NCBI RefSeq assembly: GCF_026210795.1
Contig: NC_089434.1
Coordinates: 4,278,001 to 4,342,000, forward strand
DNA: 64,000 nucleotides
Direction: 5' to 3'
Source: Rhizophagus irregularis
Lineage: Eukaryota
A model generated the notes under the pieces. It worked only from the letters and a program-made list of their open reading frames with translations. It made no database searches and was not told the DNA's origin. Made by a program: the position numbers and the translations under genes. Below are positions 13,531-28,077 of this stretch, piece after piece. Position 1 is the first letter of the stretch. Each line of letters starts with the position of its first letter.

Positions 13531-16500
13531 TTTATAAGATCAATTGGTTGTAGTGAAATTGTACTATTTATATTATATTTTATAATCTGTCAATAATTAT
13601 AATATTTTTTTTGAATATTTTAATAATATTATAATACATAAAATTCGTGATATCATTATCATATTATAAAAATTGTCAAAGTTGAACCAAATTGATATAT
13701 TTATCATCATATAATGTTTTATATTTTTTATAATCTAGTATTAAGAAATGTATTAAGAAACCCATTTTGAAAACAACGTTGACACTGCGCCAAAATCGCG
13801 TGATTAATCCGTTGTTTTTCAATGTATCGCCACTACGCTTTTTTAATTTACAGTGAAACGATTTCACTATACCTATTTAACTATTGTAAATATACAGTCA
13901 ATGCACAATAATTTATTATATATAACGTTGTAAACACACATTAATTGCATATATTAACAATGCTAGTACTATATTACATTTATCTACTTTGGATAGTAAT
14001 CATGATAACTATTTATTTTATCACATACTCACATGGTTATTTTATAGATTATTGACCGCTGGAACCGGTATTCGACCTTCAGATTTAAATCTGGTCTCCC
14101 CGATTTGAATTGAAATTCGAATAAAATCATGAAGAAACAAATCTGGATACAACGAAGGAACTGGACATATAAATAAATCTGAAAATCTGAAAACTGAAGG
14201 TTCAGTTCCTTCGTTTCATGAATAATTCGAGGAAAACGGATATATTACAGGTTAAAATACCTCTTGCTTGAAACTCTAATTCGGAAATCTTAAGCAGCAG
14301 TAGAAGAAAGTCGAATATCAACACTTTGCTGCCAATGTTTAAAATCGCGTTCATTTTTTCATTGGAACGCCGAACGCAAATTCTGAAGATCGAATAATGA
14401 ATAGTAAATAAAATAAAAATTTTTAATGAAATTAATGGACATATTTATAATATATAAAAATTAACAAATTGAAAAAACGTTTAAAATTCTTTAACTAGAT
14501 GAATTTTTTTATAGAGTAAATTTCATAAACGCGATTAGATAATATTTTATAAATGCCATTTTCCTCGCGGGATGCGTGACCATTCCATAAATGCTAGTGG
14601 CTTATTACTAATTAATACGCATATTATATATTTCCTTTCGGTTTGCTTCTTTATAAACGTCTTGTCAAATAACAAAAATGAATTGGGAAGCTTTTTTGAT
14701 TGAGAACCAATAAGAGCAACGCTATAATTCCGGATTATTACTATATAATGGTGGAATATACGTTCATGATATACTTTTAAAATTTATTGAATTTTCAACC
14801 AAGTATCCAATTGAATTTTCATTTCCTGACATTTTAACAAGTTTGAAAGGCTTATTCTATTAGAAGAAAAGGGAAATATGTGAAAAAGAAAATTTTTCTT
14901 TTTTCTTGAATAACATGAAATAAATGCTGAATATACGTTTTTCTCTCCGTATGCTGTTAAAATTCATTTAATTAAGTGACCTTGTGGTAATTTTAAAAAG
15001 AAAATATATTGTTCTAGGATTTAATTAAGATTTATGAACATGAACACTGAGAACACTGAGACAATCTCAAAAAGATGACCTCAGATAAAATCTTTTTAAA
15101 TGTAATTTTAGTTCATTCAATGAATGGATCTATTGATAATAAACTATATCATATCAATGCTAGATCAGTTATTACTATTGTATGATGCATTTGAAAACAT
15201 CCTAAACAAAATTTTATAAATCAAATTTGTGTACGCGTAAATTGGCTTGGAATATTAAATAATCATTTTATTCACTGCATGGATAGTACTATAATGCCTT
15301 AAAAAATTTACAGACTCTTGGCCGAACACATTACATAATTTTGGCCAGATGTCACGTGACATTTCCTTTTTCGCGTTTTAACGACCGATGGAAAGAGTTT
15401 CCATATGTTTATTTTAGGCGTCCAAATGAATTACACAAAAAATGCTGTATAACAATATGATCATCGGCGGCGTATTTACATGAAACTTTTTAAGACATGA
15501 ATTTCTGTAAAAGGAACGATTAAAAGTGATTTAAAAAAAAAATTATTCATTATAAAAATATGTTGTTTATTTTAATCTAATTATAGAATAATTTGGTATA
15601 AAAATATGTGAAACATAAAAATAAACGAGTAAAATTGTTGCATGAATTTAAAAAATTTTTTACAATGAATTTATTATGTACAACAAAAAAAAAATACTTT
15701 TTGAAATTTTTAATAGGTTAGTCAATTTTTACTTGATTCTAACAGGTTCAAATGATATTTTATTAATAATAATAAAAGTAATTATTTCATTTTTAAGAAC
15801 TCCGATGTATGTTGGCGTTTTAAAATTGGTCATCTGTTATCTTTTGTTTGATAAATCTTTTTTTTTTAAAAAAAAAAAAAAGAAAAAAAAGTAAAATAAA
15901 TAAAGAACCTAAAAAAGGCATCTTATCAAAGAAAAGAGTCAATGTGAACGAATTAGGCAAATTATTTCTTATTTTTCCTTAAAAAAAAAAGTCCATTTTT
16001 TTTTGAAAAAAATAAAAATTGTATCACGCAATCACACAACTTTGAACTTTTCTTCTAATTTTATCACTATATAAATTTTTTGTAGATCGGTGTGATCATT
16101 TAAAAATCAGCCGGAGTTATGACATTATGGCATTAAAGATTTATGACGCAGTAATCAACAGCGCCACGCAGATCATATCAAAATGTAATCAAAAATTAAT
16201 TTTTTTTTAGAATAAAACTTCAAATTAATTGATTGTTTTATTTCTTATTATGTCAAAATCTATTTGGTTATTTTACAATTATTGCAGTTGGACTGTTGGA
16301 GTAAAATCATGTATATCTCGGATATGTACGGTACCTCTAAATAAATTTTTGTGTAAATATAACGTGCTTACATAACTTTGCCCATTAAAGTTGTAATATC
16401 AAAAGTTCCAACGAACCAAATTATTTAGATTTTTTTTTTTAAAAAAAAAAAGGAGAGAAAATGAGTCGTACTTTATCGCGCATCCTTTTGCATAAAGACA

Positions 16501-18776
16501 TTTTTTCTATTTACATTTTTGGAATATTAATTAGCTAATGTGACCCTTCCGTGACCCGCATTCGGAATTTTAATCCGAAATTCTTCGTTAACAACTGAAA
16601 CATATTGAAAATAAATTTTATTGTTATGTTTCTAATTTAAATAAAAATTAATTATAAAGCAATGACGTATTTATTTAATAATATATTTAAAAGGAAAACA
16701 TCATGATATAATCTTCTTTCTTTCAAATGCATTTTGATATAATAATATGTAATATACATTTTTTCAAGACTATTACGCGTATGTTGTATTTGAAATCCCG
16801 ACTTCCGATAAATAATAATGTCATTCAATCTATTAATAAAAATTCTAAATCATTTTATTTCTTATAAAAAGAGTCAGAAATTACTGGAGAAATGGCAAAA
16901 AAATTCACTTTTTTTTTACAAAAAGAAATTCAAAAAATTAAATATGCGTATTCATACAAAAATTACTTCTTATAATTCTTCCTTGATTCATTCTTTAATG
17001 CCTATTAGCATTCCTCACTTAAATTCTCTCGACATCATAATATTGCCACAATTTATTTCATCTCTTACAAAACAAACAAAAATTCAATTGATCAATTCCC
17101 ATTTCTTTTCACTATAATCTTAATAATGTCTCTAGCATAGGCATTCTTAAACGATGGATCGTATAACATTAAATGAAAAACAAAAAATGGAGATTATAGT
17201 TAAAATAAGTCAAAATAGTGAGCTCTTAATATAATTATATAATTGAAGTATATTACCACTATTTTCAAATTCTTATTGTAATTATCCCAACTTTACAAAA
17301 TGAGAATCAAAAATACATTCATTCCTTAAAATTATCTGATTAATAGTTATCTCATCACATCCGTCACAGTACCCGCCGTCCACGTCCAATAATACTTCAC
17401 ATTTGCCTCGATCCAATAATGTTTTTCCTTGCCTTAATTATGCCATTAATAATTGTCAGGAGACAAAATATAATATTAGCATAGAACAATATTTAGAATT
17501 TGATCCCTACACTTTCTAAGAAATCAAGTTATCGACAATAAATTATAAAAATTAATTTTTATGTATTCATTCATGACTTAAAATTAATAAAATTTACCAA
17601 TTTTTAAATTTGTTGCAAGTTAATAAATATTTTTTTATTCATTCAATGAAAATAATAAATTTGGCCTGTAATAATTATCGCCAGTGATATAATTTCACAT
17701 CTATTGTATATTAATTAAGTAAATGAAATTTAAAATAAATTTCTAATAATAAATAAAATATAATTTCAATTCTTTTTTTTAATTCTGGCCAAGATCATTA
17801 ATGATGCAGGTCATTCCAAATGATAATTTCTTAATAATTTAAAAAAGAATAAATTAGTTAAACGAGATTTCTATTAATAAAAATATTACAGCGAAATGGC
17901 TTTCCTTTTTTGATTTATCTTTTTTTCTCTTTTGTAAAAAAGCACTTTTTTCGCTAAAAAAAACAAAATCAAGGAAATAGCTTTCCATTTAATCGCAGAA
18001 GAAGAGGAAGCAAGACGTTTAGAGGAGGAAGATATTATTTTGATCTACCTTTTCTCTTTTCGTAAAAAAAATTTAATATAGGAAATACTGAAATAGCCAA
18101 TGCGGAACAAATTGTCTTTTATAATTTAGAAGTTTTATTGATTTTTTAGAAGTAATTCTACTGCCACACAGATTGGTTACGTCACATAGATCAAGGACAT
18201 CCTCTATTATTATGATAAATTGAAAGAACATTTTTTTCCTTCAAATTAAAATAATGTAGTAAAAATTATGTTAACGTGACCATTTGAAAAATGATGTTCC
18301 AAAAGTTTTAGTTATGAAATTTGTGTTCAAAAGTCAAATTAAAGAAGAAAAAGACACCAAATAATATAAAGCAATACAACATAATTCGGTATTAGGTTCT
18401 TGCTTGAAAACATCGTTATTAAAAATACAAAATTACTTTAAATAATAAACTAAGGTTTGTTCAAACAAGTACTACATACTGTATTTACATACATTTCAAC
18501 TAAATAAAAATTAAATAACCTAGAGCATGAAAATTTTACTCAATCTAACTAAGAATGAACGAAAACTAAGAAATCAAAATACATAATCCCAATGAAGATA
18601 AAAGAAATGAAACATGATACATAAATAACAAAAAATTGAAGTAATGATAAACCATACAGTTATGACATACTAGATAAAAAATAATTAACAAAATTACAAG
18701 TAAAGATTGTAACGTTAATATCGATTAATTTTCCATATATTTATTGCTTGATATGACTGGAGGAGTGGAGGATGTA

Positions 18777-19841
18777 TTAATCAAAATCATTAAAATATAG
18801 CTCATATGGTGGTGATTGTGGCTGATCGTATTGTTCATCATCTGGCAGTGGCTCTGGTTGCTGTAGCGGTAGAGGTTGTGGGTAGTAAAATTCATCTGGG
18901 GATTGGTACATTTGCCAGCAGCAGGAATCATCTGTTTGCAATTGTGATGGCAATAGTAATGGTTGTGGTTGATTACCTTCATATGATATGGGCTGGTAAT
19001 TTGCATATGGTTGAGGTAATGATAGTTCTGGTGGCGATGATGTTGATGATTGCAGTTGCGGCTGTGGTTGCAATTGTGGTTGATATAGAGGTAGTGTTAC
19101 TGCTGGTATGCTTTGTTCATAGTAGTGTAGTGGTAGTTGCTGTGATCGGTATGAATAAAACTCATCTGATAGTTGATGCATTTTCCAATATTCATCTGAG
19201 TGATCTGACTGCAATTGTGGTGGCGATAGTGATTGTTGTGGTTGGTAATTCTCATATGGTTGAGGTGATGATGGTTGTAGTTGCAGTGATGGTGATGATT
19301 GCGGTTGCTGCTGCGGTTGCAATTGTGGTTGATATAGAGGTAGTGTTGGTATGCATTGTTCATAGTGTCCGCGTAGTGGTAGTTGCTGTGATCGGTATGA
19401 ATAATATTCATACGATCGTGGTTGGTAATAAACACGTGGTTGAGGAAATGGTGGTCGTGGTAATAGTAAAGGTAATTTCTTTTTTGGTGAATGTGGTTGG
19501 GATTGCGGTTGCGGTAGTGATTGTGGTTGTGGTGACGGTTGTGGTGATGGTAGCAATCGTGATCGTTTGAATCTGCGGTTTCCCTCAACCGCTAAAATTT
19601 TAAAAAACTCTTTTATTTTTTCGGGTTCTTCTTTCCACTTTTTATCTAATATATTTTTAATTTTCCCATTGCAGTCCTTACTTTTATGCAACACCAATTC
19701 ATTTCGTCGATATAAGGTATATGAATTATTGTTGTATCTATCTTGTAATAATTTATCAAGCTCCATGTTTAATTTACGTGGTGGATTTTTCGTAACTTTT
19801 AAAAATTCTTGATAATTTATGGCTTCTTTAATCTCTTTCAT
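18777..19841 (-). CDS. HMG-box (MATA-HMG-like) transcription factor with Gln/Pro/Tyr-rich repeated C-terminus, 354 aa
   Basis: NSYTLYRR...ILDKKWKEEPEKIKEFFKILA resembles HMG-box helices. Intronless ORF with a duplicated YSYRSQQLPL..TLPLYQPQLQPQ unit. Confidence 0.75.
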   Translation of the reverse strand: MKEIKEAINYQEFLKVTKNPPRKLNMELDKLLQDRYNNNSYTLYRRNELVLHKSKDCNGKIKNILDKKWKEEPEKIKEFFKILAVEGNRRFKRSRLLPSPQPSPQPQSLPQPQSQPHSPKKKLPLLLPRPPFPQPRVYYQPRSYEYYSYRSQQLPLRGHYEQCIPTLPLYQPQLQPQQQPQSSPSLQLQPSSPQPYENYQPQQSLSPPQLQSDHSDEYWKMHQLSDEFYSYRSQQLPLHYYEQSIPAVTLPLYQPQLQPQPQLQSSTSSPPELSLPQPYANYQPISYEGNQPQPLLLPSQLQTDDSCCWQMYQSPDEFYYPQPLPLQQPEPLPDDEQYDQPQSPPYELYFNDFD

Positions 19842-21569
19842 TATTTTCTTTTGTAATTAATAAAATGAAAATAATAAAGAATTTATAATTATTAAAATAA
19901 AAAATTTTATAAAATGGTTTTTCAATAATTGGTTGATACCGTATTTATATGTAATTTTTTTTTGATTTTGTACGTACTCCGAATAAATTAAATGCAGACG
20001 TAACATGACTGATTTATTTGATAAGCATATACTGTATATGGCTTGATCAAAATACTTTTTTGGATTAAATTTTAATAGGTTGAAATCCAACTGCGGTAAA
20101 TTAATTTTAAACAATGGACACTTTTATCGATAATATAAATTATCAAATTAAATATGACTTTATGCATATAGTCAATTTAATTCTTTTTTAAAGAATTTAT
20201 TAATAAAGAATAGAATAACTTCAATTGAATAAAAAGTCATCTTGAAATCCTGAAATCTGCAAAATAATCTATGTTGAAAAACTTCTGATCGATAAAAATA
20301 ACGTTTCTTTATTTAAAGAACCAATCATTTTTCTTAAAATTTTAGAAGATTCTAAAAGAAATTTTTTCTAACATCAAATGATGCATTTGTTGATTCGAGG
20401 CATGATAAATAATAATGCGCTTAACCTATATTGATATATATTTAATGAGAAATATGAACTTACATTTTCGGAGTTCTGGAGGAAAAAAAAAATTTAACAA
20501 AGAATGGATCACAAAGTTTGGTGTTTCAAAAGGTTTTACAAATTATTAATTTAACTCTTTTATATTTTTTGAAATCCTGTATTTTCAAACAAATTAAACA
20601 AATTGGGATATATTTGATGTAACTGCATTTTTCTGAGAAAAAAATTAAAAATCATCTTACAAATTTATTTAATTTATTACGTTATAACGTGCATAATCAA
20701 AAAATCTTATTTAAAATGACCTGTATAAATTCCCTGATTTGATTATAATAAAAATTTCACTTAAAACAAATTAAGTAGTTCCTGATCTAAAATAATAATC
20801 TCCTTTATTCTGATATAAAATACATATGATTGGAAGATTGTATATATAATGTAAAATTTTTACCAAAAATATAATCATGTTGAGTCCAAATTTGTATTCT
20901 ATCAGTACGCGTATTACAAATTATGCATTGTATGATTGATTGCGTATCGTTGTGTCCCAATTTATATAAACCATTTCAATCATTTCGATTATCATAAAGT
21001 ATTTTGTTATTATAGTCGTTATTCATCAATTTAAATAGCCGCAACGTTAATATAAAATAAATTCTATGATTTTATTTTTTTATTTTATGTTTATTCAGAG
21101 TAAATGAAGTTTCAGTAGTGATTATTACAAAGATACTACATAATTTTCTCTGTTAATCTTTACATCACGTGTTTTACGTTGAATCCAACATTAGGAACAA
21201 TGGACACAGCAGATCACATAAAAAAAAATTCTTACTCATTTATTTGTAACTGCAAACACCCCAAAAATTTTTTGTTAAATATAGAGATACATTATAATCC
21301 GTAGGATTTTCATGATTTTTTTCAAGAAACGGAAAGGACAACCACCATATTAAAAAGTAATTATAAAAATAAATTTTGATCTTTTTTCTTGTAAGATTGA
21401 TGTAACTGATTTAATAATGAAAAAGTTATAGCGTCGGTTAAGAAGATTTCAGAATACAGCAAAAAAGCAGATAATTTTTAGGTATGTTTAATTTATTGAT
21501 AAATACTCATTTTTAATTTTATTGGATAAAATGTTCTTGATTCATGTCGTAATAAGTTCATCTTTTAGT

Positions 21570-22950
21570 ATCTACTTAGTAAATCGAGAAAGGAATAAAT
21601 AATAATGTGTGTCATGAACCGTTAACGAGTTTATAAGAAAATTTTGTCGAGCGATAATGAAATATTTAAGAATCTTATTAATAACTGAATTTAAAAATGA
21701 ATATTTCGGGTCAAACTGGAGATGAACGAAATATGTCAGCAGCACTACAACAAGAACGATCGGATGACATCGTTGGTTCCTGTTCGTTGGTATCCTGTGT
21801 CGTGGAGTTGAAAGATAGAAAAGAGGGAGGACGATATCAAGCGGTTGTTCATTATATTCCTGAGTAGCCATATTCTAGACAGCAATTATTTGTTTATCAT
21901 TTAATTTTTCCAACTCATTAATTTGCATCCTTTGTTAACTATAGTATTATTAACATATACCTTTCTTTTATTATCATGACGTAAATAAAAACCTAAGTAA
22001 ATAATGATTACCTAATGTATTATCAATATTGCTAATTTCTATTTCATTAATTAACGAGGTTTTCTTCTTTACTATTAATTTTGATTAACTCATTTTTTTT
22101 TTGATATTAGCTTGAATATCATTGATGGTGAAAAATTCACTAAACTTATTTTATCTCTAGCTATTAACGTGGTGTCATCCATGAAAGCAGTCGTGTTGAA
22201 TGTTAAATATTCATCTATTTCTTTATCACTTGATTGTACATCGTCTTTATAATATATTATTTCAATTCAATAACAAACTTCATCAGATGTTATGTTACTG
22301 CTGTTGTGTAATTTATTATTTTACTATCAGCTATTGATATTATTCCGATATCAATATCGCATAATTGAAATATACCAAGTACTATCAATAAAGTTATAAA
22401 ACTACACACATGTAAATATTTCTGTCTCTAATCTACTTCATTCAATAAATTTTAAAAAGAAACCTTCCTCCTCCGTCTCTAATCTTTAGAGTATCATAAG
22501 GAAAAACATTCGACTTCATTTAATAAATGAAAACCTCTTTATTTCCTCTCGTAAAAATTATAAGTAAAATTTAATCAAAAGAAAACTTTCATATTATCTA
22601 AAGAAATTTTAATGCTTTTAATGTCCTAAAAAATAAAATCTTTTAAAATATGAAAGATAATTTTCATTCGCATCACCAGCTTCCTTGATTATTACCATCT
22701 CATAAATCCAAAGATTTGTTTAATTCTACTTCGCTTCTCTAGTAGAGTTGCTAACTTTTTGACTATTACGTAAAATGTATCGAATTAAGAATCGTCATTT
22801 GCTTGTTATTTTATTTCTATCGTCATCGATATTCATCACACCAACATTCTTATCGTTGGAAAAAAAAATAATCCAGGCATTTTGGCGACGTGGTCCGTTA
22901 AGAATAGCGAACTGGGAGGTTTCAGAAGCATTTATAAGAGTTCTTTGCTG
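21570..22950 (-). pseudogene. Probable degraded HMG-box gene
   Basis: Minus strand ~22860-22945 reads TLINASETSQFAILNGPRRQNAWIIFF (PRxxNAwixF, HMG-box start), followed by frameshifts and stops. Extent uncertain. Confidence 0.4.
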
Positions 22951-23389
22951 AAATGCATACTTTAGTAACAAAATAGTAACACAATAGTAACCAGATAGTA
23001 TAACTTTTAACTAAAATTTTGATACGATCTGGTAAAGCATTAGTCTACACGCGGTTACAGCGCATTAAAACGACCGCAGATTAATATCACCACGCATCTG
23101 TTCAAAAAATCGTTACTATACATAAAACATATTTACCAAGTTTAAAGAACATATTTACTAAATATTTACATTTTTTTAAGATTTATTAAATACGTTGTTA
23201 AAATTTATTAAATGGTTTAAATTATCATAAATATTTGATAAATATGTTTTAACTAAGCTTCGTAATAATACATGTGAAACTTAGTTTATTCTTACATTTT
23301 CCGGAAGTCCTATTCTTTTGCATAACGTGAACGGTCTTAGTTTACCTGTTGTGAGAAAGATGATTATTAGCAGTGCGCAACAACTTGGT

Positions 23390-23519
23390 ATTGCTAAACA
23401 TCACCGGTGGTGAAATTATGATGTAATGCCGGCCAGTATTTTATTAGATTTTTAATTCTGGTCGAACATACATCATAATGCTGGTACGGTGACCATCACC
23501 GCCGGTGAGCTTTAGCAAT
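23390..23519. mobile_element. MITE of the ATTGCTAAA-TIR family
   Basis: ATTGCTAAACATCACCGGTGGTGA / TCACCGCCGGTGAGCTTTAGCAAT. Confidence 0.8.
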
Positions 23520-26500
23520 TTTCTTTTTTATTTAGTAGTAAAGGAAGGCGCATAGCCAGGTCCCACCTCCGGAACCCAGCAGACCTTTACCAAACAAAGT
23601 TCAGGTGCCCGAATTGAGAGTTTGTTTGGAGTGGATACCAAGTTTGTCAATCCGGCAATTCTCCTGATTAACGATAACCAGGAGTTGCCATCCCTTTGCA
23701 AAATAAAAAATACGCACCCTTTTTTCTATTGCTGTAAATTCGCTTCTCTTAAAAATCGTTTAGCCCAAACATTATCATTACGATTCAAACCATTCAAAAA
23801 TGATGATACGCACCTGAGAGTCTGATAGTAATAGATAGTAGTAAAATTAAGCTACGCGCCCTAAAATTCCGATTACGCAAAAAATCTGAATAGGAAAATT
23901 AAGCTCTGAAAATAGCCTAATTTAGCGGTTAGCCCAATCTGGTAATTCCTTTCACAATTGATTAGTCTATTTGCCTAGCTGAGTTCAAATTTTCGGATAC
24001 TCAGATCAATGACAAATCCTGAAAGTTACTATAAATTATAGATCGTCGTAAATTATCTTTTAATACAGTAGTAAAGAAGGTACGACGACTACGACGTACA
24101 AATAAAAAATAATTCAAGAAGATAATAAATATTTCCCACAAACTACTTAGACCAAATGATGGCAAGATTATTGATTTAATATTCAAATGAAATTAATTAT
24201 AAATTTCGTTATTATACTTTAAATTTGTATATAATTATTCCATTAAGAATAAAATAATGAAGATAATATAACAGCATAAAATGAACAATTATGGATATAT
24301 AGAACATATAACATATTTATGCATAAAAATTATAAAACCTAGAGAGCTTCTTGTTGAATACGTTCAGTTTCATAAATTTATTGTAAGGCATAATTTCGTT
24401 TATTTGAAAACAAAAGAAAAACTTGTATAATAAATAATTCTGATAATTTAACTTAATACGTAGATGATACATACTCCAGGATTTCTGTGCCTTAACCATG
24501 TTATTATATAGGGTTTAAGTGATGGATAAGCTTAAGTGGCGGACGAATTTAAATAACGGATGAGTTTGCAGTAATGAATAATGAGTTCAGATATTGCAAT
24601 AAATGAATGAATAGTTTAAATGGCGGAATGGCGGATAAGCTTAATGGAGCTTTTCCAACTATTGCGTCCTCTTTCTTTACGGAATAATCATAATTAATTG
24701 ATAAGTTAACTTTTCAAAAATTCACTAGATCAATATAACCGATTTTCGTGTCTATCAAAATTGCGTAGTATATCGATGATCAAATGATGTGAATATTAAT
24801 TTTGGCTGCGGAAGAAAATCAATGTCACGGGTAATGCAGATATCACACCTAGCCACACTTAATTCTTTACGATCGATTGCAATAATAAAAACGTAGAATT
24901 CCAAAATTTTATGATATATCCCTTTTTTTGAAAAAAAAAATATTAACCCCTTTTTTTTTGAAAAATAAATAAATAAATAATTCATCTAAATTTATTCTCA
25001 TTGACCATTTTTCTTTGATAAGTTACTTCGTTTAGATTGGTTTAAAAAAAAAAAAATTTCTAAACAAATGAAACGTCAACATGCATCAGAGTTTCTGGAA
25101 ATGCAGCTTATTTTAAAAACATTAAATTAATGTCATTTGTAATCAAGTAAAATAAATTATTAATAAAAATTATGAAAGCTTCTATGACGTCTTTTGTGTT
25201 GAGTAAAATTTATTGTAAAACTTTATAATAAATCATGCGATACATTTATTTACTTGTTTTATGGTTACGCCATTTGAAATTAATTACTATTTAAAGATTT
25301 GATTTAAAAAATTTAAAGTAAACAATATATTTTTATAATAAAAAAAACAAAAATACTTATTTTTAATCCCTATTTATTATTCCTTTTACAGAATTTCATT
25401 GATAATCCTATTGTTCTTTGCATTCTTTGTGTAATTCCCTTTAAAGGTCTGTAACAATCTATAGAACGTCTTCACCATCTTCGTTTTGAAACGAAAAAGG
25501 AAATCTAACGTTATCTGACTTTGGCCAAAATTATGAAAATTATCACGGGTTTTAGCCCGGGATCTGCAAATTACTCCATCTGGGTAATTGATCATCTATT
25601 AATTCCTTATCTTTAAAAGTATGATGTTGCGTAACGCATCCTACCATTATGTATTTATAACCTTTTTTTTATATGTTTTACATTAAATATAATTTATATT
25701 ATTTATAATATCAGTCAATAGTATATCTTATTTTTTTTTATATATTTTACATTAAATATAATATTATATTATTTATTTATAATATCAGTCAATAGTATAT
25801 AACGGAAAATATATAATATTATAAATTTTCGTATAAAAATAATATGTAGGTTAAGGTGCTTATAAGGAGGTGTTCTTATATAGAGGGTGATTATATGGGG
25901 GTCTGAAGAGATTGGACCCTATGAAAAATTTTTTAGAAAATTGATCATATGTCGGAGTTTTTTTGGAATAAAAACTAGAAAAATGAACATTTATAAGTTT
26001 TTTCCGGAAAATTTTTCGTGAGGTGATATAAAAAGTTGATATGTATATATGATTTAATGAATTTCAAGAAAAAATAAATATTTGCGTTAATTTACTTTTA
26101 AATGATTTTTATCCAATCAATGGATGTTTAAAATAAATAACTTTAATTATAAAATTTTCTTTCCATATTTAAATTTTATACATTGTAATCGATTTATTAT
26201 TAATAATTATTTAAGATAAAAATTGTAACAATGATAAATATTATTTGCTGTTAATGAATTTTCTTTCCTCTTCTTCTAAAAGGTTTTACTTTTAATTCTA
26301 ATTCTTTTTTCACGTATTTTCTAATCTTTTTTTTTTCATGTTGTCGGTATATCATAACAATAAATATAGTCGTTTATCAAATTTAATTACAAGATGCATA
26401 CTGAAAAAGTTGCGCAAAACAATCAGAGAATTTTTTTAATTATCCAAATTTTTCATTTATACATATCAAAGAATAAAAGAAATTTATTTACATCAAACAA

Positions 26501-27209
26501 TCGCCAATTCGCCATACATCATATCAACTGATGAAAGCCTTTTAAAATCCTTTTCATATCAAATACATGAATTGTATAGAAATGCAAATGATTTTGTAAT
26601 AGCAATATGATCCAACATTTCAATAACGACATATACGCGACGTAGGAAATTTTGAAATCATAAACTTATTATAAACGCCAAATATACAATTTCTTAACCA
26701 GGCGTACTTTAATATAGATTACACCGCATAACGTGCAGTTTCTTTTTAAGATCACCTTTTTCTTTTCTAAGTCAATTATTAAACAGTTGTTTATAACAAA
26801 ATTTTAAACTTTCACTATTTCTTGTCGGTTACGACGGATACGGTTTGATATTTGTATACTGTATGTTTTTTTTAAGTTCAGTATCATTGAATTACTGACG
26901 TCGTCAGAGTCATAAATATTAGGGATAATATTATTAATTTTTTTCATTTTAATGTAATTTTGATTAAATTTATTCGCTAGTGTAAATCAATACAATCAGA
27001 TCAATAATAATTATGAAAGTACGTTTGATATCTGATATTGATCTCCATATAAAATTTATAAGTAGGACAGTATTATTGACAAAATTTGCTCTAACTTTCG
27101 TCTTATTCGTTATTCTCTTCTCTATTAGACTATATAAAAAAATATACACGCAAAATAATAAAAAATAAAAAAAAAGAACGTTAATAATAATAACAATAAT
27201 TGTTATAGA

Positions 27210-27890
27210 GCCAGCATGGTACGGTACGCTATTATATTTTGGAAATTTTATTAGCTGTATATAAGTTACGATATGGAATTTTTTTTGAATTATGTGAAAA
27301 TATTTGAATTTTTTTTATGCGGAATTTCAATTAATTTACAAATCTCATTATCAATAACGAGCACGTCTGAAATATGTGCCATTTTTAGATGGACATCAGC
27401 ATCAATGCACCAAATGCACCATAATCACCCAGCGATAAATAACTTTGCGACAATTAGGTACACGTTATGTAATGTTAAAGGACATCCCTAAAAATAAATT
27501 TTTCTAGTTTTTATTCCGAAGAAACTCAGGCACGTGATCATTTTTCTGAAAAATTTTTTATACCGCCTGGATGTGAAAGTGTGTAAAATACTTGTATCGT
27601 AGACCTAGTTCACATGGAATCTAAAAATAAAAAATAAAAATAGAAAGTGTGAAAAATAGTCCAGATTTTACCCTATAAGTTAACTCGATACACATTTTTC
27701 GAACGGCCAATAAAAAATGACAAAAAATAAAAAAAAGAAAAAAGTTTTATGATTTTGTCACCTAAATCAAATACTATCACAAATATTTCGGAAACATAAT
27801 TTTAAAGAATTTTTATTAAAAATATTGAAAAAAATTATGATTATTAAATATAATAGCTCGCGAGTGTAACATTTTTAAAATAACTGTTCA
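27210..27890. repeat. Dispersed repeat; shorter homolog at ~38715-38990
   Basis: Shared ATGGTACGGTA, TATGGAATTTT.TTTTGAATTAT.TG, CAGATTTTACCC(G)TATAAGTTAAC, GTAACATTTTTAAAATAACT. Confidence 0.7.
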
Positions 27891-28077
27891 TAGTAAATTT
27901 TTCGATGAGATCATCCGCCCTTAAGAACAAATTTTAAATTAAATATATATGTTATATTATTAGCTATTAAGTTAATAGAAAATTTTAGCACTTACTTTAT
28001 CAATAATTTGATCATCATCTTTTGTTTCTTATTGGCTCCGGTAATTTCTGGTTGAGCTTCGCTAACAGTATTATACT

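Noticed and set aside
16950..17830. Possible degraded minus-strand gene (LLDRGKCEVLLDVDGGYCDGCDE)
   Set aside because: Stops in all frames and no recognisable family.
18725..19588. Overlapping ORFs of 254 aa (+), 163 aa (-) and 93 aa (-) over the HMG gene
   Set aside because: Val-rich and His/Asn-rich shadow frames of CAA/CCA/CAG codon repeats.
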